DNA of 64,000 nt, taken from positions 416,001-480,000 of the forward strand of contig CAWDEM010000008.1 in assembly GCA_963801355.1 (NCBI GenBank). Direction: 5' to 3'. The DNA is from Ignavibacteriota bacterium (GTDB lineage Bacteria; Bacteroidota; Ignavibacteria; UBA10030; UBA6906). Position 1 is the first letter of the stretch. Each line of letters begins with the position of its first letter. Position numbers and translations under genes: made by a program. The notes beneath the pieces were generated by a model. That model saw only the letters and a list, made by a program, of their open reading frames with translations. It was not told the origin of the DNA and did not search any database. Shown here in pieces: positions 21,413 to 30,542 of this stretch.

Positions 21413-21957
21413 CACGCCCAGAAGCCCATGAGCTGCTCTGCGAGTTCACAAAGTCGGATGCCCTGCGCAAACATGCTCTGGCAGTCGAAGCCGCCGTCTG
21501 CGCGTATGCCGGAAAGCTGGGCGGCGACAGGGAAGAGTGGAGTGTCGCCGGTCTGTTGCACGACTTTGACTACGAGATGTATCCGCAGTTTCCCGACCAT
21601 CCGATGAAGGGGTCGGAGATACTCAAGGAGCGTGGTCTGTCTGAGGAGCTTCGCCGCACTATTCTGTCACATGTTCCTGCAACGAATATTCCCCGCGAGA
21701 CGCCTCTGGCGAAGGCCCTGTTCGCATGCGATGAGCTCGCCGGGTTCATCATGGCTGTGGCCGTGATCCGTCCGAACAAGATCGCCGATCTCGAGGTTTC
21801 TTCTGTGAAGAAGAAATTGAAGGACAAGGCTTTTGCCCGGGCGGTGAGCAGAGAGGACATTCAGAAGGGGGCCGAAGAGCTGGGAGTACCGCTGGACGAA
21901 CATCTCGGGTTTGTCATTGCCGCCCTTAAGGAGCGTGCAGCCGACCTCGGGTTCTAG
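21409..21957 (+). CDS. HDIG-domain hydrolase
   Basis: KHALAVE, GLLHDFDYE, ACDELAG, KDKAFA. Confidence 0.85.
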   Translation: MTRPEAHELLCEFTKSDALRKHALAVEAAVCAYAGKLGGDREEWSVAGLLHDFDYEMYPQFPDHPMKGSEILKERGLSEELRRTILSHVPATNIPRETPLAKALFACDELAGFIMAVAVIRPNKIADLEVSSVKKKLKDKAFARAVSREDIQKGAEELGVPLDEHLGFVIAALKERAADLGF

Positions 21958-22058
21958 TCAGCAGGGAGCCTGCCGGACACCACTGCGATTTGTTTCTCTT
22001 GCCTTCGTTTCGTACATTTTCTGATTCAAGTTGCATACTCATTCCGGAGTCAAGAGAC

Positions 22059-22811
22059 ATGAAACGACTGATCTGCGTCAGTGTACTTCTTGGTTTTGTG
22101 CTCACCGTTGGCTCTGCACAGGAAGAGCCGATTCCGCCCAAGCGGTCGCGTGCCGTCAAGGTCGGGCTGTTCGGCGGTTTCACGCCGGGTTGGCTTCTTG
22201 TTGATATCAAGCCGGTCAATGCGTTCCTCCTTGCAGCGAAAGGGGCACCGCTTAAAGACGATGGTGTCTTCATGACCGGAGGTGCGGGTGCTGCCTACAT
22301 CATGCTCCTTCCGAATGTTCGTGTCGGCGGAATGGGTTTGACGGGCGCAGTGAAGAGCACATCCATCGATGGTAATAGCATTCGGCGTGACGCGGAAATG
22401 CGAGTGGGTTTTGGTGGGCTCACGGTTGAATACGTGCTTCCGCTCATGGAACGGCTTGACCTTGCCGTTGGGGGCATGCTGGGCGGGGGAGGCGTGGATC
22501 TCACGCTGCGTCAGAGCAACGGGGGGAACAACACTTGGGTTGGGGAGCAGGATCTCTTCGGTCATTGGACGGCCGGTACGCCAGGCAACATGACCCGCAC
22601 GTTGTCGGGGATGTACTTGATCTGGTCGCCGACGGTCAACATTGAGTATGCGCTGTTGCCCTGGTTAGGCATGCGTATCGGCGCGAGCTATGTCGGGATG
22701 GCATTCCCGTCGTGGACTGTTGACAACAATTATGAATTGCTTGGCGTGCCGAGCGATGTTTCGGGCAGGGGGTTCATGATACAGGCGGGTGTATTTGTCG
22801 GCACATTCTAG
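22059..22811 (+). CDS. Probable outer-membrane beta-barrel protein of unknown function
   Basis: Signal peptide, Gly-rich amphipathic strands, C-terminal Phe. Confidence 0.6.
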   Translation: MKRLICVSVLLGFVLTVGSAQEEPIPPKRSRAVKVGLFGGFTPGWLLVDIKPVNAFLLAAKGAPLKDDGVFMTGGAGAAYIMLLPNVRVGGMGLTGAVKSTSIDGNSIRRDAEMRVGFGGLTVEYVLPLMERLDLAVGGMLGGGGVDLTLRQSNGGNNTWVGEQDLFGHWTAGTPGNMTRTLSGMYLIWSPTVNIEYALLPWLGMRIGASYVGMAFPSWTVDNNYELLGVPSDVSGRGFMIQAGVFVGTF

Positions 22812-22856
22812 CGCGGGGTAATCCTGCAGTAGGAATTTTGTCTGATCGATGCAACG

Positions 22857-22884
22857 ATAGGTCCGGCCGCGAAGCCGGACCTAT
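22857..22884. terminator. Hairpin between convergent genes
   Basis: ATAGGTCCGGC-CGCGAA-GCCGGACCTAT, an 11-bp stem. Confidence 0.6.
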
Positions 22885-23973
22885 GTGTTTTGTGTCAGGG
22901 TATTCAGGGCGGTGAGCAGCCGGTTATTTTGTTCTCCTGTCCCGATCGTAATGCGGACGCAGTGCGGCAACCCGAATCCTTTCAGTGGCCGGATGATGAT
23001 GCCCCTGTGGAGGAGTTCCTGGTAGAGATGCAGGGCTTCGTCTTCGCTGGAAAGTGGGAGGCAGAAGAAATTCGCCTCGGTAGGGATGATCGAGTATCCC
23101 AGCAGCTGGAGTCCTGCGCCGAGCTGCCGTTTGCCGGCTGCATTCGCTGCGAGCGAACGGTGGAGGAACTCGGTATCCTTGAGTGCGCCGATCCCCGCGG
23201 CCTGAGCGAGCGAGCTGGGTTCGAAGGGGAGTTTCACCTTGAGCAAATTCTTGATCAGCAGAGTCATGGGCAAAACCGTACCCGATGCGTATGCCGGCGA
23301 GTCCGTACACTTTCGAAAATGTGCGAAGGGTGATCACATTGTCATAGCGATAGTGCATGGAATCGGGGTACGACGGGTTGTCGCGGGCGTATTCGAAGTA
23401 GGCCTCGTCCAGAATGATCAGCACATTGGAGGGGACGCTTTTCATAAACTGATCGAACTCGGGCCGCATGAAGATAGTGCCGGTAGGGTTATTCGGGTTG
23501 GCGAGATAGATAATCTTGGTGTGTGGAGTTATCCGGGCCGCGAGGGCTTCAAGATCAAAGTGGTACTGCTTGAGCGGCACGGTAATCATGCGGATGCCGC
23601 GGGAGCGGGCAAGCACGTAGAACCCCACGAATGTCCCTTCAGAAGTCAGCACCTCGTCATCGTCGCAGAGAAATGTGCGGATGATATTGGACATAATGCC
23701 TTCTGATCCACTGCCGGCGATGACGTTCTCGATACGCAGGTTGTATTGTCGCGCGAGCTCTTCGCGAAGATCGAGGCCGCCGTTGGGATAGAGGTTCAGA
23801 TCAGCCGTCGCGCCGTCCATGGCCTTCAGGGCATTCGGCGACGGGCCGAGCGGGTTTTCATTTGAGGCGAGTTTCAGGACGTCGGCGATGCCGAGTTCGC
23901 GCTGGAGTTCGGCGATTGGTTTGCCGGGTTTGTAGGGTTCCAGGGATTCGATATACGGGGGGACGAGGGGCAC
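22881..23973 (-). pseudogene. hisC: Histidinol-phosphate aminotransferase split by a 1-nt frameshift near 23262 (pseudogene or sequencing error)
   Basis: The N-terminal frame has KLASNENP, NPNNPTG, DEAY and RTFSKVYGLAGIRIGY. The C-terminal part (LIKNLLKVKLPF...ANF...VRITIG) is in a different frame. Confidence 0.8.
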
Positions 23974-24105
23974 GTGATGTCCATAGATGGGTAACAAATC
24001 AAGAACTCCGAAAAATGTACCAAGGGGAACAGGCAAAAGCAAGGATAGTCAGAGGGAGGGCATTCACACGGGGCGTAGCCACACGGAGGGAAATCACGAA
24101 AGGAC

Positions 24106-24134
24106 TTGACTTAAGATGATCTGTTGTGTACGAT
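24106..24134 (+). promoter_or_regulatory. Putative sigma70-type promoter of the ECF sigma operon
   Basis: TTGACT-N17-TACGAT. Confidence 0.6.
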
Positions 24135-24194
24135 TGAATTACACCCGCTCGTAAACAGTAGTTCACGCCGCGCCCTTTGAACAGGGCTTCACTC

Positions 24195-24782
24195 ATGACC
24201 ACCAATGATTCGCACCGATGCGCGCAGCCGGCCCTTTGGGCTGCGGCATACAAGAAGTATTTCCGGCTCTGGGTCAACCTTGCACTCACCGTATACTTCA
24301 ATGTAGCAGAAGCGGAAGACGTGGTGCACGGGGTTCTGCAATCCGCAATGCTGCGGGAGGGGGAGCCGTTCGAATCCCTGGAGCACATCCGGAACTATGT
24401 TGCCAAGGCTGTTCTGAATCGTGCCGGCCAGAGCAGGCATCGAGCTGAGCGGATGAAGACGTGGGATGAGCAGGCGGAGGGACTATTCGGTGTTGGCCCT
24501 TCGTCGGAGGAATTGGAAGACAGGGAGCAGATGAGGATTCTCAGAAAAGTGCTTGTCGGCTTGAACAGCAGGGACTACGAAATCGTCAAATTGCGCTATT
24601 TCTTGGGATTGACATTCCAGGAAATCTCGGATCATCTGGGTTTGGCGTTATCGACGATAAAGAGCAGGGAGGAATCGGCGTTGCGGAGGATCCGGCGGCA
24701 GCTTCGCAAATACGGCGTTGAGGCTGTAATAATAGGGGGGAGAAAGGCGCACCATGACAAAGGAAGTAATCGACCGGGATAG
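24195..24782 (+). CDS. ECF-type RNA polymerase sigma factor
   Basis: Region 2 EAEDVVH...YVAKAVLNR and region 4 LNSRDYEIVKLRYFLGLTFQEISDHLGLALSTIKSR. Confidence 0.88.
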   Translation: MTTNDSHRCAQPALWAAAYKKYFRLWVNLALTVYFNVAEAEDVVHGVLQSAMLREGEPFESLEHIRNYVAKAVLNRAGQSRHRAERMKTWDEQAEGLFGVGPSSEELEDREQMRILRKVLVGLNSRDYEIVKLRYFLGLTFQEISDHLGLALSTIKSREESALRRIRRQLRKYGVEAVIIGGRKAHHDKGSNRPG

Positions 24783-25515
24783 GTTGATCGCGTTTGCCCG
24801 CGGGAAGTTATCGCCTGAAGAGTCCGAGCGTGTGCTGGCAGCGGTAGAGGCGGACGAGGTTCTCTCGCGGGAACTCGAAGAGGTGTTGCAGCTGATGCGG
24901 GCCACGGAGGCATTGGAAAATGAGAAGAGAGACGCTCACGGTCGACTGACCATTGGTGAGCCGGCGCTCAAGTACGTGTTGCGTATTGCGGCGGCGGTGG
25001 TGGTGTTGTTGGGAGCTTCTGTTCTGGTCAGTCAGCTCACGAAGGGGCCATATCACGATCTTGCCCGTGTTGACAATGTGGACCTCGGTGTACGCTGGCG
25101 CGGCGAAGCTGAAGAGCAGATCGAATGGGCGAGGCGTGAATTTGTGGGGGGGGACAAAGATGCTGCGATCCGGGAGTTGGAGCGGATAGTACAGATGCAG
25201 CCGGTCGGTGAGTCGATGTCGGTCGTGCACCTGATGGCGGGGCAGATGTTGCTGGCAACAGCGGAGCGGAGCACATTCGGTCTGTTCCCCCGGTACGACA
25301 GGGAACGGGTGGCGCGTGCCATGGATCATCTTGGGCTCGCAGCGCAGTCGACGAACAACCGGGTGGTTGAGGAGGCACATTGGTTGCGGATGAAGGGATT
25401 CTTGATGCTCGATGAACGCGAAGATGCGAAGATGGAGGGGGAAGAGGTGAAGAGAATGGGTGGGGAACATGATGTCCAGGCTGTAAAACTCCTTGACGAA
25501 ATCCACGATCATTGA
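24754..25515 (+). CDS. Probable single-pass anti-sigma factor with extracytoplasmic TPR-like domain
   Basis: N-terminal LIAFARGKLSPEESERV...D..LSRELE anti-sigma-like helix, TM segment IAAAVVVLLGASVLV, helical-repeat C-terminus. Overlaps the sigma gene. Confidence 0.7.
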   Translation: MTKEVIDRDRLIAFARGKLSPEESERVLAAVEADEVLSRELEEVLQLMRATEALENEKRDAHGRLTIGEPALKYVLRIAAAVVVLLGASVLVSQLTKGPYHDLARVDNVDLGVRWRGEAEEQIEWARREFVGGDKDAAIRELERIVQMQPVGESMSVVHLMAGQMLLATAERSTFGLFPRYDRERVARAMDHLGLAAQSTNNRVVEEAHWLRMKGFLMLDEREDAKMEGEEVKRMGGEHDVQAVKLLDEIHDH

Positions 25516-25522
25516 CCTTGAA

Positions 25523-28500
25523 ATGAATTCACTTGTCAAGTGGCTCACCATATGCCTCCAGGGCCTGGTCTGCATAAGTGACACATTTGGAACCACAGAT
25601 CCGAATTCAGTGCATGATCACATCGCCCTTCGACAAATGGTTGGTAAAGGCATGTTTGCGCAAGCCGCTTTGCGCTGCGAAGAACTTATAAAGAGATATC
25701 CTGAATACATTAGCCTTTATGAGACGTATGCTGAGATTTCTCAGTACAATGGGACACTGGCGGGAGGTGTGGGCTTCCTGGAGGGCCGATTTGACGGGAC
25801 TTCGCGGGGCGCGTTTCTTCACTATGGTTTAGGTTGCATGTACATGCGACTGGGTAGTTATGACTCGGCCCAGAAGGCATTTCAATACGCCTTGGACTTC
25901 GGAATTCGTGATCCAAGATTCGTGAGAGGGTTTGTCTACGCCTATGAGCGTGTAAACGGTGTCTCTCGTGCGGTCTCACATTATCAGGTGCTTTGCCAGA
26001 GGAAGCCAGATCGCGCTGATCTGTGGTATGGTCTGTGTCTCACCTATTGGGGAAGAAGTGACTATGTGAACGCGCTAGACGCAGCGCGAAGGGCGGCGAC
26101 ATTGGTCCCAGAAGAATTGCATTTCAGAATCGCAGTAGGCGTTCTCCTGTTTGCGGCTGGTCAAGATGAAAGGAAGGAGAACATTATTTCTGCCTTGATC
26201 GATTCTGCGAAGAGTCGCTATGAATTCGAGAGCCTTGGCTTGTTGAGGTCAACCCTCATTCGAGCATTCATACAAGAACAGCGTCTCGCTGAAGCGCATG
26301 CGCAAGTGGAGCTTCTGCTCAGCGAAATGTCTGCCATTGGAAACCTTCGGTGGCTAGGTTGGTCGCAAATACGTCTTGCTGAGCTCAATTTCATGGAAGC
26401 GGATTTCATTTCTTCACTCGGCAACGCAAGGAAAGCAATTGAATCTGCACGAAAGGAAGGGGACCATGATCTTGAAGGAGACGCAGGTTCTCGCGAGTTT
26501 GATTGCTTTATGGAGCTAGGCCGTTTTCGAGAAGCAATACAAAACGCACAGGTCCGTCTCCCCCATCGGATGCAAGAACAAGTCAACAAGCCGGCAAAGG
26601 CGTTTGCAGACAATGCCCGGGCGTTCATGGAGGTTGGTGAGTTTGAGATCGCGCTCGAATATGGAATAAGAGCGATCATGGCACTGGAAGGAGTTGCTTT
26701 TGATCCGACCGTTGCAGCCAGTGTCCACTCAACCCTTGGCCAGATCTACATGGGATTAGGACAATTCGCTGAGGCGCAGCGTCAATTTTCCCTCGAAGAG
26801 AAGATCATTCGTGCTCCGCTTTTTTCGCTACGGGATATCGCAGTTCTTCGGGGAAATCAAGGGAATTGCTACATGTCCCAAGGTCAACTGGCAAAAGCCG
26901 GAGCTGCATTTCGCGAGCAACTTGCTCTTGTTCGTAAGACCAAGTATTCGAGGGAGAGGGTATATGCCCTCGTAAACTTGGGCAACTACCACAAGGCACT
27001 TCGACATTTTTGGCGTGCGAGGGAGTACTTCCTATTGGCAATGAGTGAAGGTCAGCAAATGTCTCTCAGAAAGGTAGTTGCTCAAGCTGCGCACAACTTG
27101 GCGGCTCTGTCAGAGCATTTGGGTACTGAAGCGGAGACGATTGATTGGCTAAAAAAGGCGATTTTTGAATGGGAGAGAACAAATTGGCTGGCCAAGAGCG
27201 GACTTCTTGGCATTCGAGGTGCGGACGGAATAATCGGCGATTTCGAGCGGCTCATAACGCTACTTATGCGTGCCAATCGCAAGAGAGAAGCCTATTCAGT
27301 GACGGAGCTATACAATTCGAGCAACGGATCACTGCTGCTCAGTCGTGGACAGGCGAGACAAGTCGCAGCTTCGTACCCGATCCATCGGAGGTCAAGAGAT
27401 GAGATCTCGAACAGGGTCGAACGAGGCCGACTGAAGGCGTATGTTCAACCCGAGAATCAAATGCCCAGTTATGTCCGTTCGATTGACGAATTCGCTGGTT
27501 TGCTTATGGGGGGCGAAGAGTCATTCTCGGGGGAGGACTCGGGGGATGCAAACTATCGTGAAAGCGAATCGGCGTCAATTCCGATGAATGGACAGACTTC
27601 GGACGAAGACATCGTCGATGGTGACGTCGCAGTCTTGTCGTATTTTGTCGGTGAGAACCAAGCATTCTTGTTTGTGGCAACGAGAGATACGCTTGAAGCT
27701 TTTCCCCTGGCAACGACGCGAGGGCGCATTAGAACTCTGATCAAACGTGTGGGGAGTTTCATCGATTCATCTCCGGTAGAATCGGCAGTCCTCTTGAATA
27801 GACCCTATTTTAAGAAAGCGACAGCAGAGACTCTTTTGACTGTACTCTTGTCTCCGGCATTTGGGATTCTGCCATCTGTGAAGCGACTCATCATAATCCG
27901 TGGTCACGACCTTGAAGCTCTACCTTTTGAAATGTTGCCCTCAACACTACTTGGCAATTTTAGCTTACCCGAACCCAAACCAAGATTCTTGATCGAAGAG
28001 TACGAGATTTCATACAGATATTCAGCGAAGCTACAGCAGCCGAATACAAATCCAAAGGATGCCAGCCAGCCATTCCTCTTTGCGCTAGGGTGCAGCACGA
28101 TGCCAGTGCCCTCAAATGTCTCGAACACTGCTTCCGCTGTTAGGAAGAGTCCATCGAAGCCAACTGATGACGAGGTGCTACCTGAAATCATCTCAGAGCT
28201 CAAATGGTTGAAATCGGAATTCGGTGATTTAGCCGTAGCTGCGATTGATGGTGCGGCAAGCAAAGAGGTTTTTCTGAAGCACGCAGAACGCAGCGCTATC
28301 ATTCATATTGCCTCCCACTCAAGGGCGTGCAATCAACACAGAGAATCAGGCTCAATCATGTTATCACCGGCCCAGCGAAACGAAGCGTCGGATTCTTTGA
28401 GCGTTCTTGATGTTTTAAAGATGAAAACTTCAGCCAAGCTTGTAGTGCTCAGCAGTTGCCGCACAGCGACCCCTTTCGAGGCTTACTCAAGGATTGACTT

Positions 28501-28837
28501 TGTCAAGTCATTTCTCATAGCGGGCGCAGGCAGCGTGATTGCCTCCGAATGGGACGTCGATGACGAGAGTACGCTCAAGCTGATGAAGGTATTTTATACG
28601 CATTTGAAGACTGGTGAACGGAAGAGCAAGGCGTTACAGGATGCTAAGAAGGAATTGATTGCGGCGGGGATGTGTAATCCTTATTACTGGGCATCGTTCA
28701 TTCTCGTGGGAGATGAAAGGGAGATAGCATTCCCGACGAAATCGAAGATTCCTGCTTCGATTTCATGGGTCATCGCCGGCGTTGCCATCTTCATTCTTTG
28801 CGTGACCGTATTTGTTCATGAACGTGCGAGCAATTAG
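25523..28837 (+). CDS. TPR-repeat CHAT-domain (caspase-like) protease with C-terminal membrane anchor
   Basis: Long TPR array, IIHIASH and LVVLSSC dyad motifs, FLIAGAGSVIASEWDVDD, PYYWASF, C-terminal hydrophobic helix. Confidence 0.88.
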   Translation: MNSLVKWLTICLQGLVCISDTFGTTDPNSVHDHIALRQMVGKGMFAQAALRCEELIKRYPEYISLYETYAEISQYNGTLAGGVGFLEGRFDGTSRGAFLHYGLGCMYMRLGSYDSAQKAFQYALDFGIRDPRFVRGFVYAYERVNGVSRAVSHYQVLCQRKPDRADLWYGLCLTYWGRSDYVNALDAARRAATLVPEELHFRIAVGVLLFAAGQDERKENIISALIDSAKSRYEFESLGLLRSTLIRAFIQEQRLAEAHAQVELLLSEMSAIGNLRWLGWSQIRLAELNFMEADFISSLGNARKAIESARKEGDHDLEGDAGSREFDCFMELGRFREAIQNAQVRLPHRMQEQVNKPAKAFADNARAFMEVGEFEIALEYGIRAIMALEGVAFDPTVAASVHSTLGQIYMGLGQFAEAQRQFSLEEKIIRAPLFSLRDIAVLRGNQGNCYMSQGQLAKAGAAFREQLALVRKTKYSRERVYALVNLGNYHKALRHFWRAREYFLLAMSEGQQMSLRKVVAQAAHNLAALSEHLGTEAETIDWLKKAIFEWERTNWLAKSGLLGIRGADGIIGDFERLITLLMRANRKREAYSVTELYNSSNGSLLLSRGQARQVAASYPIHRRSRDEISNRVERGRLKAYVQPENQMPSYVRSIDEFAGLLMGGEESFSGEDSGDANYRESESASIPMNGQTSDEDIVDGDVAVLSYFVGENQAFLFVATRDTLEAFPLATTRGRIRTLIKRVGSFIDSSPVESAVLLNRPYFKKATAETLLTVLLSPAFGILPSVKRLIIIRGHDLEALPFEMLPSTLLGNFSLPEPKPRFLIEEYEISYRYSAKLQQPNTNPKDASQPFLFALGCSTMPVPSNVSNTASAVRKSPSKPTDDEVLPEIISELKWLKSEFGDLAVAAIDGAASKEVFLKHAERSAIIHIASHSRACNQHRESGSIMLSPAQRNEASDSLSVLDVLKMKTSAKLVVLSSCRTATPFEAYSRIDFVKSFLIAGAGSVIASEWDVDDESTLKLMKVFYTHLKTGERKSKALQDAKKELIAAGMCNPYYWASFILVGDEREIAFPTKSKIPASISWVIAGVAIFILCVTVFVHERASN

Positions 28838-28891
28838 GGCAACAGATCGAATTCGTCCCTTGAGAAGAATAGGCAGGACAGGTAAGCTTGG

Positions 28892-29839
28892 CTAGAGGGT
28901 GAGTGTGAAAGGCGATATCGAAAAAGAGAGTAGCATGATGAACAAACAGATAACTGCAAGTATTTTGCGACGTGTATCGAGCTGATGTAATTCCAGGGTG
29001 GAAGTCTCCCTTCGGCCGGATCGTTTGAGGAATATGAACAAGACTATCGCCCAAACGAGCCAACCGCTCCAACCGAATTCACAATCAACACCGAACAGCG
29101 GAAGAAATCCCAACAAGCCGATAAGACATAGAAACGCCAGAACGATCTTCCCAAACATCTTGGCTTGTTTGGGAAGCAACGCACCTACAACGTGCCCACC
29201 GTCCAATTGGCCAACTGGAATGAGATTCATGGCGGTCACCAAAAGACCAAACCAACCTGCACAAAGGAACGGATAGTGGTAGATCTCATTCATGGGCGGT
29301 ATGAAATCAGCTTGGCCCGCCACAATTTTGCCCAACATGGAATACAGCAAGGGAGCTCCAAAAGTGAGCCCACCTTTGGGTATGGATGGCATGCCAACAT
29401 ATTCTGGATGGATCGAGTACAAGTAGTCGATCGTGGGGAGTGTGGTAAAGCCATAAAGTAGGCAGAGGACGCTAGCCACGAAGCCTGCAATTGGTCCAGA
29501 TGCACCGATGTCAAAGAGCGCTCTCCTCGAATCGATAGACGATCTCAGACGAATTACTGCACCTAATGTGCCAAAGGGGAAAACACCTCCGAGCATGAAG
29601 GAGGGAAACGGTAGGAAGTAAGGCAGGGTTGCATCGACCTTGTGAGCACGCGCGGCAAAATAATGTCCGAACTCATGAGTCAAAAGGATAAAACAGACAG
29701 CAACACCGTAAGGGATTCCCCGTTTGACGTCAGCCAGCTCGTAAGGGTTAAGGTTGAGCCACTGAACTCCCGCAAAGACTGTGGTGACGAAGGTGAGGGA
29801 GAAGAGGATCACGTGAAGGGCGGCTCTCTTCAGCTGCAT
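28892..29839 (-). CDS. Site-2 protease (M50 intramembrane metalloprotease)
   Basis: HEFGH, GTLGAVI, FDIGASGPIAG, NLIPVGQLDGGH, multiple TM helices. Confidence 0.92.
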   Translation of the reverse strand: MQLKRAALHVILFSLTFVTTVFAGVQWLNLNPYELADVKRGIPYGVAVCFILLTHEFGHYFAARAHKVDATLPYFLPFPSFMLGGVFPFGTLGAVIRLRSSIDSRRALFDIGASGPIAGFVASVLCLLYGFTTLPTIDYLYSIHPEYVGMPSIPKGGLTFGAPLLYSMLGKIVAGQADFIPPMNEIYHYPFLCAGWFGLLVTAMNLIPVGQLDGGHVVGALLPKQAKMFGKIVLAFLCLIGLLGFLPLFGVDCEFGWSGWLVWAIVLFIFLKRSGRRETSTLELHQLDTRRKILAVICLFIMLLSFSISPFTLTL

Positions 29840-30023
29840 AGATCTCAACTCTCCTGCAGGTCGCCCATGTGCGTCAAGAAGTACGAGTGTGGCGTTGCTT
29901 GGACCGCGTCTTCAAATGCCACCCACTATCTCTCATGCCCTTGGGAGATTTGAAATGAGAACTACTTGCACAGCTGGCTGCTCTGACAGCGGGGGCACTT
30001 GTGATGATCGAGCGCACTACTCG

Positions 30024-30188
30024 TCACGGCCGCGGTGGATTCAGGGTTGTTGGTGCACCGCTTGTTTTGGGACGGGGGGGATTCAATGTCGTCGGTGCAC
30101 CGCTCGAGTAGGCGATCGCCCAATTGATCGCCAGGATACCAGCTACAGCCAAAACCAATGAGCGGAACTTGCGGGCGTTGCGGCTCAT
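30024..30188 (-). CDS. 54-aa secreted precursor peptide with two identical SGAPTTLNPPRP cores
   Basis: AAGGAGA ribosome-binding site 4 nt before the ATG, Sec-type signal peptide ending A-I-A, and a repeat with 8 synonymous and 0 non-synonymous differences. Confidence 0.85.
   Translation of the reverse strand: MSRNARKFRSLVLAVAGILAINWAIAYSSGAPTTLNPPRPKTSGAPTTLNPPRP
30027..30104 (-). repeat. Two 36-nt coding repeats (30104-30069 and 30062-30027), 42-nt period
   Basis: agcggtgcaccgacgacattgaatcccccccgtccc versus agcggtgcaccaacaaccctgaatccaccgcggccg. Confidence 0.9.
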
Positions 30189-30399
30189 GTTTTCTCCTTC
30201 TTGATGCTTACTGATTATGATTCTTCGGATCGTTTGCTCGATGAGTGTCGGACAAAAAAGAATACACCACACCCTGGTTTGCCTGCTAACACTGCTGCGA
30301 GATGTAACTGGAGAACAATGAAGCAATGATCGAGGGTACTACCACGTTTCCGCCAACCGCCTGAGAACGGCCTGCAGAATATTGTTCAACTGTTGGTCA

Positions 30400-30428
30400 A
30401 ATATATACATCCTCAAGGCTAGTGTCAA
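30400..30428 (-). promoter_or_regulatory. Near-consensus sigma70-type promoter facing the peptide gene
   Basis: Minus strand TTGACA-N17-TATATT(TG). Confidence 0.7.
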
Positions 30429-30466
30429 GTTTTTTCTTCTTTTTCGCACAAATTCACGCAAATTCC

Positions 30467-30481
30467 TGGCGCGATATTTGC
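30467..30481 (+). promoter_or_regulatory. Putative sigma54 -24/-12 element
   Basis: TGGCGCG-ATAT-TTGC, with exact GG-N10-GC spacing. Confidence 0.5.
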
Positions 30482-30490
30482 GTGCAAACG

Positions 30491-30506
30491 TGTGATTTGG
30501 CTCACA
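30491..30506. promoter_or_regulatory. Palindromic operator TGTGA-N6-TCACA (CRP-type, also TGT-N10-ACA)
   Basis: TGTGATTTGGCTCACA, between the two divergent promoters. Confidence 0.6.
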
Positions 30507-30542
30507 AATTCGCCTATTTCATAAATTTTTGCGTTTCTTCGC

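Noticed and set aside
24105-24114. CTTGACTTAA shared with 30542-30551
   Set aside because: Mostly explained by both being -35 boxes, and too short to call an att site or shared operator.
25523-28837. TPR-CHAT as a type III-E CRISPR Csx29 component
   Set aside because: No cas7-11, csx30/31 or CRISPR array in the window, and the protein appears membrane-anchored.
29874-29936. 20-codon minus-strand ORF (MRDSGWHLKT...) between the peptide and the protease
   Set aside because: No clear ribosome-binding site, signal peptide or motif.
30027-30104. Repeat as a mini-CRISPR or DNA-level repeat
   Set aside because: Only two copies with a 6-nt gap, differences confined to synonymous sites, and no cas genes.
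30189-30326. N-terminal extension of the 100-aa ORF 30024..30326
   Set aside because: The strong ribosome-binding site and the signal peptide both point to ATG 30188, so the extension is probably UTR.
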